Positions 1 through 12,141 of a stretch of 64,000 nt of DNA are shown piece by piece. Source of the DNA: an uncultured virus (IMG/VR IMGVR_UViG_2061766007_001347). Its lineage: Duplodnaviria; Heunggongvirae; Uroviricota; Caudoviricetes. The DNA lies in the IMG/VR virus record IMGVR_UViG_2061766007_001347. The stretch is one strand, 5' to 3'. The position numbers were made by a program, and so were the translations under genes. Numbering within the stretch: position 1 is the first letter of the stretch; every line of letters starts with the position of its first letter. The notes below the pieces were generated by a model. That model did not search any database. It worked only from the letters and a program-made list of their open reading frames with translations, and was not told the origin of the DNA.

Positions 1-4
1 ATTC

Positions 5-206
5 CTAATAGAAGTTCTTCATGAAAGATTCTCTCTAATAGAAGTTCTTCATCTGAATTTACACAAAAAGAATATCCCATAGGATCTCAACTATCATCTT
101 AAGTAAATCCCTATGATTTCATAAATATGATAGTTTTGATGAGTTTCCTAATAGGAGTTCTTCGTCCAAATTCAGTATGAAATGAATTTTCTAATAAGAG
201 TTCTTC
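5..206. repeat. Four copies of a ~16-18 bp direct repeat CTAATA(G/A)(A/G)AGTTCTTC
   Basis: Copies at ~5, 35, 148 and 191; may continue beyond the window edge. Confidence 0.7.
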
Positions 207-589
207 AGAAAGTTCAGATACTTTTGAATGCTGTCATTGATTGATTGATCAGGCTCACTCTTTCGAATTTCCTTCTCAGCTTGTGAGCACTCTTTTGGTT
301 TACGTGAACCTGAGCATTTGACGTCTTCTATGAATTCTTGACACCAATCATCTGCAGTCGGTCTTTCGAAATAGTAAATCTTAACATTGGTCTGATATCG
401 TCTAACAAACTGCTCAGCTTTCATTTTACACTTTTCTAGTGTGTCAAAACCAGCGTGCACAAATAGTTTTCCTGCGTAATCAATGCAGATCGAGTACTCA
501 CTATGAGATAGACCAAACCTTAATTTTAGATGTTCTAAATTTATGCTGTTGAAGCATTTACCGTTACATGTTTCAAATATCATTGTCAT
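191..589 (-). CDS. Hypothetical phage protein
   Basis: 132-aa ORF, no recognised motif. Confidence 0.55.
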   Translation of the reverse strand: MTMIFETCNGKCFNSINLEHLKLRFGLSHSEYSICIDYAGKLFVHAGFDTLEKCKMKAEQFVRRYQTNVKIYYFERPTADDWCQEFIEDVKCSGSRKPKECSQAEKEIRKSEPDQSINDSIQKYLNFLKNSY

Positions 590-1610
590 ACCCGCTATGT
601 TTGTTAGACGATTCTCCGGCTATAATAAATGAATCTTACTATAGCCGGAGTGGTATAAAGAACATTGATGTGTCTATAATCTATGAGTTCTGCTCACGAT
701 CACCATCTATAATATAGATATTTGAATTGACCGCATAGCATTATTTGTGATTTTATCCCAATTTCTTTATGAGTTTCCAACTAACTTTAAAGAACCTATC
801 TAGCAATTCTCCAAGTATGATCGGAAGCATTACGAATAGTGCCGTTGCACTTACTACAAGCATTTCTTCTAACATATATGTATTTACTCCATTGTTTATG
901 AATCACACCAGAGATGAATTCTACACATCTCTTGCATTGTAATAGCTACCACTTTGAGCAGCTATTTTATTTTTAGATACCAACGTGACAAAAAGAAAGC
1001 AGGTATTCAAAGGTAATACCTGCTGACCAGAAATTCTATTTATTAGATCTTATTGATTCAGCAACCGATCTGCACCTTTTGATTAGACCCTTATTGCGTT
1101 CAATGACAGAATCAACAATATTGTCAGCATAATCTTTGTCTTTAACCACACCTTCAAGAAGATCACTCATATGATCTAGGTCTATAGCAAGTAAAGCTTT
1201 TTCTTGTTTTAGTTTGCCGATCATATCGTTGATTGCATGAATTCGTTCAAGTTTGTCTTCCATGAGACGTTTGTAGCTATCAGTAATTTCAACAACAAGC
1301 AGCATGTTCATAATCGTTCTCCTATGAAAGTTAAGAGAGGGTCAAACCCTCTCCAATGATTAGCGCTTCTTACCATTTTCATATGAGATTAAATGTGTTG
1401 CTTCAACCTCATAGAATAAACCACCAGAGTAGTACCCTCTGGTCTTATATAATGAAGCCGAGCAACCAGATGATTTCGACATCAACCGAGCAAATGCTGA
1501 AGCGGATCGTCTTTCATTCATCGGATAGCGCTTGCTGCTGTAAGAAGAGTTAGCGGATTCGGCATAAAGAACGCTGATGAGTTCGATCATTTTAAGTCTC
1601 CTTGAAGTTT

Positions 1611-1702
1611 ATTGGAAGGACCAGTTCCCTCCAATCTATGAGTACCTTATAAGCTTAGTTTGAGACTATGTAAAATAAAATCACCGAGTAATTCGGTGAT
1701 TT
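1611..1702 (-). promoter_or_regulatory. Type-A promoter + 5' leader hairpin, with upstream terminator-like inverted repeat
   Basis: Minus strand: GGTGATT box, TTTACA-N17-TATAAG, hairpin, then SD of ORF 1360-1590. Confidence 0.8.
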
Positions 1703-2636
1703 CGTTAAATTTTTGAAGTTGTCTATGAGTGTGCTTAGTTTTCAATATGATCCTTGCTTTTTGGTAAAGTGCTTACAAGATCGTCTAATGAATTACCCAT
1801 CCATAAGTGATAAGAGCTCATAAAGTCTTTCACTTTATTTGTAAGATTCTGAACAGTAGCTGAATCTATCTTAGATGCTGCAGAAAAGTTCTCTACATAG
1901 ATCAGCAAAGCGTTCAGCAAATCATCCAGTCTTCCATCACACTGTTCATGCAATTCTAAAATTGAATCTACGGCTTCTTTAGTAGACTTCTTCATTTGAG
2001 CACCTCTTAGTCAACGTGATTTCAAGAAGCTCATCTATTGCTTTCTTAGTTTTAGCTTTCATAGTCTTCTTCCAATGCATCTCTTAAGTCAGCACAGAAC
2101 TCATTTATGCAGAACAAAAGATTGTCTTCATCTACATTGCTCATTGGTCTGTTGCAGTAAACTTCAGACCAATCAGTAACTTCGCCATTTTCAGTTGCTG
2201 GGAAGATCATGCATTCATTTCCATACAGTGGCAGATCGGCAAGATCTGCGTAGTACCATTCTCCATCTTTTTCGAATAACGCTGAAATAGCTTTGCAGTG
2301 TCTTCCTGGCTTCTGTTCTAAGATCTTAATTTCCATGATTAAACCTCACTATCTATCCATGAATGTTCTTGTTTATGATTTCAACTAATTCGTCTACACC
2401 CTCAAGTGCTTCTCTGAAATCAGCTAGTGCTTTTTCGCTAACTCCATTTGAGAATGTTGCGTCAGTCATGATAGTTCTCAAATGAGCAGCATCTTTTTCC
2501 ATTCTGTGTGCGATCCCCTTCTTTTTCTTGTTGAGCTCTTCAATAAGAAAGTCAATATCTCCAATGTCTCTATAGTGAGAATTAAGAGATTCAGAAATAT
2601 GGTTTGCAAGTTCAATCATACTAGTGAGGTTCATAG

Positions 2637-3062
2637 CTAGTCTCCCAATTTCTGATCATCTTCGTCAGTTAAATGATGCGTGAGATCTATCTTGTTCGAG
2701 TCTTTACATACATAATCGATCAGATCATTATATGTAGCTACTTTATGGCAAAGATCCCATTCATACACGAAGTAAAGATCGCTGCCTCTAATCACGTAGG
2801 TGAATTCTACATCACCGTGAAGATTATTGTGGCTATTAAGATTAAACTTACTTTCGTCCTCATACCCATCATCGTTAGCAAGTTCTCCAATAAGAATTTC
2901 ATACACAGACATATCTTTAATGAGGCAGCTCATACCAATGGAGTAAACCAAATAGTTTCGAAGTTCTTCACCTACGCCTGAAAGATAGCCATCCCAGTGA
3001 TGATAAAACTGATGCGCCTTGTTGTCAGGTGTAACAAAAATAATGTTTGAACGTGTACTCAT
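2637..3062 (-). CDS. Conserved hypothetical phage protein (MSTRS...YxHxDGYxxxVG type)
   Basis: Motif recalled from many phage hypotheticals. Confidence 0.65.
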   Translation of the reverse strand: MSTRSNIIFVTPDNKAHQFYHHWDGYLSGVGEELRNYLVYSIGMSCLIKDMSVYEILIGELANDDGYEDESKFNLNSHNNLHGDVEFTYVIRGSDLYFVYEWDLCHKVATYNDLIDYVCKDSNKIDLTHHLTDEDDQKLGD

Positions 3063-3756
3063 AATTTAGTTCTCCTCATGCGAAACTTCAAAGTCTTTAA
3101 ACCACTCATCAAGACTAAGTAAAATACCACCAACTAAAACATTGCCTTCAAAGCGAACTTCTTTGTTCCAAAAAGGCTTAGCGTCTGACCCCATTCTTAT
3201 GGGCTTCTCATCATAGTTCATGTCTATCTTAATATCATATTCAACTTCAAGATCGAGTGATCTCATAAGAAATTCAAACATCTCTGTATAGTCCAGATCA
3301 TAGTTTGCAGCCCAAGCATCAATAAGATCTACATACTCATTGGTCATCGCCTCTTCTATGTCATCGTTGTCTATCCCGCAACCACCAAAGTATGACGATA
3401 GAAATTCTCGTAAAGTTGAATTCTCATATTGAGATTCAAGCTCTTCACGAACGCATCTATTTGCAAAGTCCTGATTAAGCATTTTCTAAAGCTCCTTTTG
3501 TTTATGTTTAGTGACTAGAGCAATGTCCAGTAAGATACGCAATAACATGGAAGTCTGTGAGTTCAATAACATATGCCCACAAACCGCAGTCTGAAGTTTC
3601 GACTGCATTTTCATACGCCTTGCTTCTATCCATGAAGCCCATGAAATCCAGTGTTGTGCTTGACTCTGGGCTAACTACACAATAATTAGCACCAGCTCTT
3701 TTCATCTTCATGAGTCTATCGTCGTTAATGAATGGATTCGTCATTTTAAGTTCTCC

Positions 3757-3939
3757 TTATAATTCAATGATTACGTCGCCAAACGGATCAATTTCTACGT
3801 TCTTTTTGCTGATGCTATATTCTATATAGTCATCTCCATCGCTCTTAGTAAGAATGCTAGTAATATCTGGAGCATGTAGAACAACTTCTTTGTGTGGATC
3901 CGCTTCTTTGAGAACTTCTATAAATTCAGCAACTGTCAT
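3757..3939 (-). CDS. MTVxELIExL small acidic protein family member
   Basis: MTVAEFIEVLKEADP; SD GGAG; first gene after a repeat promoter. Confidence 0.8.
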   Translation of the reverse strand: MTVAEFIEVLKEADPHKEVVLHAPDITSILTKSDGDDYIEYSISKKNVEIDPFGDVIIEL

Positions 3940-3956
3940 GGCTTTCTCCTATTAAA

Positions 3957-4052
3957 AGCTTGATGAACCCATTTCATCTAGCTTATGAGAGTCTTATAAA
4001 ACTAAGCAGAATTTGTGTAAATTAAAATCACCGAGTAATTCGGTGATTTTAA
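3957..4052 (-). promoter_or_regulatory. Type-A promoter + leader hairpin
   Basis: Same layout as 1611-1702. Confidence 0.75.
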
Positions 4053-4054
4053 TC

Positions 4055-4405
4055 TTAACCCCAAATCCATTCGCCACGTTTGATCTGCTTGATTTCGCCA
4101 TCGCTGATCTTCAGTTCAACGATCTGGCCAGCGTATTTGGCAACCATCTTTTTAACGCGGGCGATTTGTTTCACCGTCAGGAATCCTTTTTCGAGATACC
4201 ATTTGGCGAGTCCTGACCCCTTCTTTGCGTCCTGCGGTTTAAATCCGACGCCATTGCGATATTTGACGTCTTCATGGAGTTTCTCATCTTCAACTTGCTT
4301 GCCATATATAAAGGTTAAAGCGTGGATCGCGGTGGAGTCCTTGACCTCGATCTGGTTGCGAAGCTTGCTGATGATTTCCTGTTTGCTGCTGAATTTGACT
4401 GCCAT
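4055..4405 (-). CDS. Conserved phage protein; paralogue of 54258-54608 and 28647-29012
   Basis: Shared Q..DE...NGVGF...DA...KYAGQ motif. Confidence 0.85.
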   Translation of the reverse strand: MAVKFSSKQEIISKLRNQIEVKDSTAIHALTFIYGKQVEDEKLHEDVKYRNGVGFKPQDAKKGSGLAKWYLEKGFLTVKQIARVKKMVAKYAGQIVELKISDGEIKQIKRGEWIWG

Positions 4406-4425
4406 GATGTTTTCTCCTTGAGGTT

Positions 4426-4519
4426 ATTGGGTGGAACCATTCCATCCAATCTATGAGTACTATATAAGTCTAAACTCAGCTCATGTAAAATAAAATCACC
4501 GCATTACACGGTGATTTTA
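4426..4519 (-). promoter_or_regulatory. Type-A promoter + leader hairpin
   Basis: GGAACCATTCC apex and GTAAAATAAAATCACC box on + strand. Confidence 0.8.
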
Positions 4520-5640
4520 GTTAAACATTTGTGAAAAGCTACAGAAGTCTTATTAGACCTATCAATCGTCGTAATTGAATTTTTCTTTAAGCCATGTACG
4601 AGCATTCTTTTCAAGAAGCTTATCTGTTGATTCAACCATCTCTCTAAAAGAAGAGAATGTTTTATCACCAAGAATCTCACTAAGAATGTCTTCAGCTTCA
4701 CTGCAATATGAGCTAAGTCTTTCTAAGTGATCATGAACAACGCCAACTACTATAGAGGTATCAGTGAGCATCATCAGCTGTTCTTTATCCATCTTTAATC
4801 TCCTTGAGTGTGACTACTAAAAGTAGTTCTTAATGAAAGAAATGATCTTGTTTTCGTCAAATATGCAATCACCATTTTTATTTGTAAGAACGGTGATTCC
4901 CTTTTTGTAATTGCCATTGCAGTGCCATTCAAGGCTACCAGCGTTGTTGCTCTCAAAAAGGTCGAGGTATAGAACTATGCCAGTATTATCTAACTGAGAC
5001 CAGACATATTTACCACCACGATCCATAGCATATTTATGCCCAATAGCTTTGTTGATCGTGTTGATGATTTCTCCACCGTAGTAGTAAGTGTCATGTTCAT
5101 AGGCTCTCATGTCTACTTCTCCTTGTTGATGTCACTAATTTTAATGATCCGTGTTTCAATCTTAAATCTACTTACGTTCATTGCCCACAACTGAATGTTG
5201 GAAATTATTTTGCCGTAAGTAGAAGCTGCCCAAGCATGAATCCAAAATCTGTATGCCCTATAAGGCTTCCACTCATCTGAGTTAGTTCTCTTTACTTCAA
5301 CGATGTATTTCATATTAGCTCCTATAAGACTGGGTCTAATCCCAGTCTTACTATTAAATGTGAGCGATATCCTCAGCGCATTTGGTAACTTTACTATCAT
5401 CATCTAAAGTGTAGCCTTCCCACTTGGTTATCCAAGTGGTGAACAGCATATCTGTTAACCAGCTCTCACTGAGACATTGATTAACCTCCATAATAGCATT
5501 CAATGAAACTTCAGCATCGTGAAGTGTATCAAATGTAGAAGTAAAGCTGCCGTTGGAGTTTGAAGCTCTGACGATGTACTGGGTGATCATAGTGGATCTC
5601 CTATGAGAGATTGAATGGTGTTAACCATTCAATTGAAGAA

Positions 5641-5716
5641 GATTGAAAGGAACCATTCCCTTCAATCTATAAGAGCCTTATAAATCTACTTTAAGTCGGT
5701 GTAAACAAAAATCACC
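5641..5716 (-). promoter_or_regulatory. Type-A promoter + leader hairpin
   Basis: GATTGAAAGGAACCATTCCCTTCAATC...GTAAACAAAAATCACC. Confidence 0.8.
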
Positions 5717-6260
5717 AATCAGATTCATGAAGTATGAGATCTTTCTCAAAGTCAGTTTGATCTAATATGTCGCTGAACTTTTGGTATAACGTAATGGTCT
5801 TTCTAAATAGAAAAGCATCAGACTCTTCATAGACTTCACCGCATATTTCATCACATTTATCTTCAAGAGAATCGGTGAATACTCCGTTCTTTAGTGAAAT
5901 GCATTCATCAAGCCATTTTGTGTAGTCTCCCTCAAGCTTGATTCGATCAAGAGGTGAATGTTCAATTTCCCATCCATTCTCTTTGAGATACTTCTCAACC
6001 ATCATGATTGTCTTTTTAGCTTCATCACGAAGCTCTTCAATCTTCTCTTTAGGAACTTCTACATATCTCCCATAATTCTCGTCGGAATAATTGAGTCTTC
6101 CAAGAAGACTCCAAAACTTTCTAAAGTAAGCTACCTCATCCATTCTTATAGTGACATAATCATCCACTACATTATAGCCACTATCGTCAAGATTTTGCTT
6201 ATAGATTTCATAAGCGTTTCGTGAAGTACGAACAAAGTATGTGTCAAGTCCCATAGTCAT
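5712..6260 (-). CDS. Conserved phage hypothetical (MGLD...YFRK family); paralogue of 14157-14537
   Basis: MGLDTYF / VAYFRK, C-terminal W. Confidence 0.8.
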   Translation of the reverse strand: MTMGLDTYFVRTSRNAYEIYKQNLDDSGYNVVDDYVTIRMDEVAYFRKFWSLLGRLNYSDENYGRYVEVPKEKIEELRDEAKKTIMMVEKYLKENGWEIEHSPLDRIKLEGDYTKWLDECISLKNGVFTDSLEDKCDEICGEVYEESDAFLFRKTITLYQKFSDILDQTDFEKDLILHESDW

Positions 6261-6287
6261 CCCTCCGTTTCAAATTAGCATTTAAGT

Positions 6288-6358
6288 TCTAAGTAGAACC
6301 ACTCTACTTAGATTATGCTATTTAAAGCAAAACTAGACTTTCGTAAACAAAAATCACC
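6288..6358 (-). promoter_or_regulatory. Type-A promoter + leader hairpin (variant stem)
   Basis: TCTAAGTAGA-ACCAC-TCTACTTAGA perfect stem; GTAAACAAAAATCACC. Confidence 0.75.
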
Positions 6359-6416
6359 AGTCTATAGCATAAAAGTACCATCTCCAAAGATCTATTATAA
6401 ATGGGAGGTACTCATT

Positions 6417-6872
6417 ATGATTGTAGAAAAAGTAATACTTAAAAGTAAGCTCACCGGCTTAGAAGTTATTGCTCGCTACAGTAATTCATATGATTACAGA
6501 CTCAGTGTTGGAGAATCGTGTTATACTTCTATTGTAGAATATAATGGAATTGAGTACATTATATGCAGAAGCAAGGAGTATAAGCTAATCTACAACATCA
6601 CTGATTTAATGAGCAATCTTCTAAGCTATCCTGTTTTCGTTAACCGAGTAACAAGACTAATTGACGGGTACAACATTGCCAGATATTCTGTTAAAAGACT
6701 CTATGGTGGAGGTAGTACAGTTCAATGCTTCGACTTTGACCCATCTGTATTAGAAGAGAACCCATTTGATGCTTATGCATTAGATGATGACAATGACATG
6801 TGTCATATAGACTTCGAATTGACAGAGAGAAATTGGGGCAAAGACAAACATAAACCTGATAAAGAGCAATAG
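6417..6872 (+). CDS. Hypothetical protein; only convincing plus-strand gene
   Basis: GGGAGG SD before ATG 6417; followed by hairpin terminator. Confidence 0.7.
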   Translation: MIVEKVILKSKLTGLEVIARYSNSYDYRLSVGESCYTSIVEYNGIEYIICRSKEYKLIYNITDLMSNLLSYPVFVNRVTRLIDGYNIARYSVKRLYGGGSTVQCFDFDPSVLEENPFDAYALDDDNDMCHIDFELTERNWGKDKHKPDKEQ

Positions 6873-6888
6873 TAAGACTAAATATAAC

Positions 6889-6917
6889 AAAAGCGTCTAA
6901 GTTTCCTTAGACGCTTT
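6889..6917. terminator. Bidirectional intrinsic terminator
   Basis: AAAGCGTCTAAG-TTTC-CTTAGACGCTTT between convergent genes. Confidence 0.75.
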
Positions 6918-7951
6918 ATTTGTGTGAATTATTCTTCATCATTTATGATTTCTCTAAGCTTTGGGAGATGAGTTCTTTCTAACTTAAGAAGCAAATCAAG
7001 TTCAGTTCTACTTCTGCCTCTGTTTTGCAAATATATGATCATGTCGCATAAAGCTTCAGCAAGTTCTTTAATTCTTTCTTCATTTTCAGTGCTCATTATA
7101 CAGTCTCCTCACAGTGAACTATGTCTACACTCTCGACGTATCTTAAGACACGAAAATCCTTGATGTTGTTCTCATTAGCATAATGAAGAATCTCATCAAG
7201 AGAGCCTAATCGTAAATCACGTTTACGCTCATCTGACTCAGTAATCCAGATTGTTTGCTCGTTAAATTTATGCTTTGTTTGAAGCATGTACCATTCTGCA
7301 GAATGGTAATTTTTATTTGTCTTGTCTATCTTCGTGTTCATCTTTTTCTTTCTCTGCTTCAAGCTTTAGTTTGAGGTGATATGTGTATATATGAATAGCT
7401 AAAAAGAAAATAGCTATTCCAAGAAGTACGAGATACCTTGTCATGTGGTCGCTAATTGGTGCTACTAGCTCTTCTAATAATCGCTGATATGTGAACATGG
7501 TTTACTCCACAGCTTCATCGTATGTCACTCTGCGAATGATTCTTGTTTCATATAACTCAGCTTCTATTTTATAGAAGCAACTTCGTTGGCTACTGTATTC
7601 AACAGTTTCATCAAATGATTTAAACCACTTAATGTCTATCCATTTCCCAGTCTTTGAGCTTTTGCTTCTTTCTTGAAAAATGTAGAATTCTCTAATGTTC
7701 TCTTTCATTAGTCAAACACCGTCATCTGAAAACACACAGAATCGTATTCATCCGGAGCATCAATGTTGTCACTGCATAAAGCGTCTTCGTATAGATTATA
7801 AAGCCAAATACCGCACTTCGAGTCTTCTTTCTTAAGATTGTTGATGAAGTCTATAGCATCTGCTTCTCCATCAAACTGATACTTTGTTGTAAGCGTTTTA
7901 TGAGTAAATCTTGAGTATTCTTCTACTCTTACTTCCCACATAATGATTCTC

Positions 7952-8260
7952 CTATACGTCTTCTGTGTAAAACCCATTTATTGACACTGCCACAATTCGT
8001 TCATTATCTTTAGTGTCATCGAATAAATGAAGGCTCTTAACTTCTTCATTGCCAAGATCTTCTACAGGAACTACGTGATCATGTATAGTCTCAACCGCAT
8101 TATAGATATGAATATCAGATCCCATCACATAATCTAGTACTGAGCATATGTCATCTTCATCATAGTCTCCGGAATACTTATCATCCACGAAGACTACTTT
8201 ATCATTCTCATCAAATTCTTGAAGCTTTTTAATAAGCTCTCCAACTGTGATGCGTTTCAT
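7952..8260 (-). CDS. MTVxELIExL family member
   Basis: ITVGELIKKLQEFD. Confidence 0.75.
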   Translation of the reverse strand: MKRITVGELIKKLQEFDENDKVVFVDDKYSGDYDEDDICSVLDYVMGSDIHIYNAVETIHDHVVPVEDLGNEEVKSLHLFDDTKDNERIVAVSINGFYTEDV

Positions 8261-8953
8261 TGTAGCTTCTCCTCTTTATGATTTGTGTAAACAAAAATCA
8301 CGCGTTAAAAGCAACATTTTTGTTCTTCAGATCTATCACACATTTATCAATATTCACCCATAAGTCTTTATTGCAATCACTTCTTTTCCAGATTCCTTTT
8401 GAGATCTCTGAAGTCTTTGATAGATCAACATTGCCGTGCTCTGTCGGATCTATGGAATATGCTTCGTCTAATGAATCAGTGTAGAAGTCTATTAAGCTTG
8501 TCTTAAATTCTTGAGCAGTTCCAGGATTCATAGTAACAGCATTTCCACGAAACATAAATCTAACAAGATATTTCTTAGCGGACATAAAGTGTTCTCCTAT
8601 GGAGCGTAGACAGAGAAATGCCACATGCGATAATCGTAAGCTTCTTTCTTATTGTCTGAGAAAGCGGTGCTGTAAGAATTATAGTACTTCCAATGAATGG
8701 TGTTCTGTCTCACGCCATTTAATGTATACTCAGCTCTAAATTCATAATCGCCATCTTTGTTTATGCCAAAGCTTATCCATTCATCCCACATCTCATCTTT
8801 ACTTCGTGTCAAATAAAGATGATAGAACTGATGATTGCAAGATTTCTCATAAAGATTTCCACCAATTTTATAGCCTTCACTTATACGCTTGTCTACATAG
8901 TCGAATGACTTTTTCCTAAGTTCACTTAAGGTAGCAATCATCAGCCATTCTCC

Positions 8954-9337
8954 TTATACTACTCTAAGGTTCCAGAAATCTCTTTCAGCAAAGCCATAGT
9001 ACTTAGTAAGAATTTTTGTTACTAATGGAATGTCGAGTTCAATCGTTTCTCCAGTTTCACAGTCAGTCATTACAACAATAACGATACCATAAAGCGGATA
9101 AAAGCATCTATTATCCATGTAAGCCATATAGAACCTTTCATTTACTTTCGTTCCATCGATAGCTCCACAGTCACTTACAACAGCATCAATAGAGACTTTG
9201 TTATTTCTCCACAAACAACAGGTGTCTATACAGTCACAGCCAATTTCTTTGTAGTATGTTTCAAGTTCATTGCGCTCATCAAGGTCGATGGTACATGGTT
9301 TATTGTTGTGTGGAACTGGAATCATCAAAGCTTTCAT
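8954..9337 (-). CDS. Hypothetical phage protein (DUF3846-like)
   Basis: LETYYKEIGC...VNERF...LYG pattern; start revised to ATG after SD. Confidence 0.6.
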   Translation of the reverse strand: MKALMIPVPHNNKPCTIDLDERNELETYYKEIGCDCIDTCCLWRNNKVSIDAVVSDCGAIDGTKVNERFYMAYMDNRCFYPLYGIVIVVMTDCETGETIELDIPLVTKILTKYYGFAERDFWNLRVV

Positions 9338-9357
9338 TATACGTCTCCTTGAAGTAG

Positions 9358-9420
9358 TGAATGGAACCATTCCATTCATAAAAGCCTTCTATCATAAGTT
9401 TGTAGAGACGTAAACAAAAA
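9358..9420 (-). promoter_or_regulatory. Type-A promoter + leader hairpin
   Basis: TGAATGGAACCATTCCATTCA...GTAAACAAAAA. Confidence 0.7.
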
Positions 9421-9492
9421 TGTGACGTAGCAATCACAAAATAAAAGCTATAGAAAACTCTATAGCTTTACACAGCAATCACTATTTTGATC

Positions 9493-9747
9493 TTATGAAT
9501 CATCTCCGTAAAGATCAATGCAGAATTCTATTGCACACTTTGCAGAACAAAAATAGTGATAGCCATCTTCTTCGTATGAGTTCTCTAAACATGGTTTACC
9601 ACAATGATCACACTTAGTATGATTCATTTTGTATAACCCAAAATGACTTATCGCACATTCTTCACAAAAGTGCTTTTCGTCATCACACTCCGTAAATACG
9701 TATTCAGCGCTATTATCACAGCAATCACACTTCATAATACACCTCAA
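9493..9747 (-). CDS. Small Cys-rich Zn-finger protein
   Basis: Two CxxC...FCxxC units. Confidence 0.7.
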   Translation of the reverse strand: MRCIMKCDCCDNSAEYVFTECDDEKHFCEECAISHFGLYKMNHTKCDHCGKPCLENSYEEDGYHYFCSAKCAIEFCIDLYGDDS

Positions 9748-10615
9748 TCATTATGAACCATTGCAATACGATAGTCATAAAGCGATGCGTCATTATTCTT
9801 TCTAAACCAAATAGCTGGGCCATAGTCTCCATGCATTTCCATTAGTGAAACTTCTGTACAGCTATCATCAATGATATCTTGCAGAAGTTTATCCCATGTA
9901 AAACCTTCACCGTATGCAGACTGCCATCCAAATGTAAGATGATGAAATGGCATAAGTAGTCTATATAGATCTTGGTTACTACAAAGATCATCTACATACT
10001 TACATACTTTAGAGAATAAATAGATGTTACTTTGATTAAGCTTGCTTGGGAGCTTTTCAAATGCTTTATAAGCTAGTGTCTGAATGTCTTTAGAGGTGTT
10101 CATAGTGATTTTCCATATATTCTTTAAGCTGCTCATCAGTGTATGATAGAAGGTCAAATGGGAATGACAGACTAACAGTGTCTATCCAACAGCCTCTTGC
10201 AAAAATATCAGCTTCATTAAAAATATGAATTTGCTGGTTTGCTACGTCTTCTTCATCGCTATAGTCTAATTCCCAATCGTGATTAGTATTTTTGTAATCA
10301 CAATCATACTTTGCAAACATGCTAGCAATATGCTCACATCTCTTTTGAAATGCATCATATTGCTTTGCAAAGTTTATCAGCTCTTCTTTTGTAAAGTTCA
10401 TACTATTACCTCACACCGTCGCATAGACGATCATACATAGAAAACAAGTCAAACTTGAGGTCTGCTACTTTGTCTTTAAGATATTGAATATCACAAGGCA
10501 AAGATTCTGTTTCGCATTTGTGAAGATATGCATCAAGATCTCCTATATAATCCACAGCTGATGCTAAATCAAGTAAAAAGTTCTTGTCCATATTATTACC
10601 TCATCTGAGTTGTGC

Positions 10616-11836
10616 TTATTGAGCGTCAGAAGCCTTGAAGTTGTAGATCGGTTTAATTACTGTAACAATCTCGACGGTGTCTTTAACTGCTTCAATGATT
10701 TCCTGCGCATTTTTGTATGCCATCGGCGACTCATCCAATGTTCCCTCATCAACTGATGTTGTGTAAATACCAGCCATCGAATTTTTGAAGTCTTCCATTG
10801 AAATTGCCTGTTTGGCTTCTTTACGCGACATCAATCGACCAGCACCATGCGGACCAGAACAGTTCCAGTCTTCATTGCCTTTTCCGATTGCTAAGATTGA
10901 ACCATCACGCATGTTTAACGGAATTATTACTTCTTCACCTTTATTGCAACGGATTGAACCTTTGCGAATAATGTTATCGTCAAAGTCAATGTAGTTATGA
11001 ACAGTATGGAAAGATCGTTTTGCAACTAATCCAAATCGCTCATACATGAAGTCACAGATACGGCAAGCAATCTCTTCACGATTTTTTACTGCATATTCTT
11101 GACAAATTTTCATATCGTATAAATAAGCATCTCGTGATTCACCAGTTAAATAGCATAAATCTGTCGGTACTTTGTCTACGCATTTATATTCTTCACGCAA
11201 TTTTTCTATTGCAGACTGAATTTCTTTCTGCTGACCGTTTAATCGCATACGAGTAACTAATCCAGCAACTTTTGCTTTCAATTCAATAGAATTGTTATTG
11301 CATTCATCAATAGCAAGATTCTGATAGAATTTACAGACCTGCTGACCTAAGTTACGCGATCCAGTATGAATTACTAAATATAGTCCACTGTTTTCATCAT
11401 GATCTAATTCAATGAAATGGTTACCGCCACCCAATGAACCGACTGAGTGATGTAAGTGCTCAACATTTCGTAACTCACGTCGCATACGCAACTTGTCTAA
11501 ATCTTCAAAGCCCACTGAGTGATCAGCATCATTAGCATTCATACCAGACGGAATGTTTTCGTGAATAAAGCCATCTATTGCTGCCAATTGCAAATCAGAC
11601 AATGTGCACTGACCGAAGTACACTACATACATCCCGCAACCGATGTCTACGCCGACTAAGTTCGGCACAACTTTATCACCGAGGTTTGCAGTGAAGCCAA
11701 TCGTACATCCTTTTCCTGCGTGACAATCCGGCATAATGCGAATCTTTGCATCTTTGAACGCTTCCTGATGAGCAAGATTCATAACCTGTTCACGACAAGC
11801 ATCTTCTACAGTTTTTGCAAATATCTTCAGATCCAT
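10616..11836 (-). CDS. rtcB: RNA-splicing/repair ligase RtcB
   Basis: MPDCHAG, VGVDIGCG, LGGGNHF, HTGSR, HNY, HGAGR and DESPMAYK motifs. Confidence 0.97.
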   Translation of the reverse strand: MDLKIFAKTVEDACREQVMNLAHQEAFKDAKIRIMPDCHAGKGCTIGFTANLGDKVVPNLVGVDIGCGMYVVYFGQCTLSDLQLAAIDGFIHENIPSGMNANDADHSVGFEDLDKLRMRRELRNVEHLHHSVGSLGGGNHFIELDHDENSGLYLVIHTGSRNLGQQVCKFYQNLAIDECNNNSIELKAKVAGLVTRMRLNGQQKEIQSAIEKLREEYKCVDKVPTDLCYLTGESRDAYLYDMKICQEYAVKNREEIACRICDFMYERFGLVAKRSFHTVHNYIDFDDNIIRKGSIRCNKGEEVIIPLNMRDGSILAIGKGNEDWNCSGPHGAGRLMSRKEAKQAISMEDFKNSMAGIYTTSVDEGTLDESPMAYKNAQEIIEAVKDTVEIVTVIKPIYNFKASDAQ

Positions 11837-12141
11837 GATCGACCTCCAAACGTTATTTTACTCTACATCTTTCATATAAGCGAAAGCTACAACTTTAAGA
11901 CCAGTCTTGTCGAGCTCTTCATCATCCCAGATGTAATCTTCTCCCCACATTGATCTAAATCTCCACCCTTCAAAATCACGGTGATGATAATCAGTGTAGT
12001 CAAAAATCCAGTTAGCTGACCAAATTTCACCGTCACTCATTTTGACTAAGCAAGGGATTTCAGAGCGATCAAATGAGGATTCATTCCTAGGCTGATTTTC
12101 ACTATACTTCTCGTATTTATGCCAATTCATAACTGATTCTC

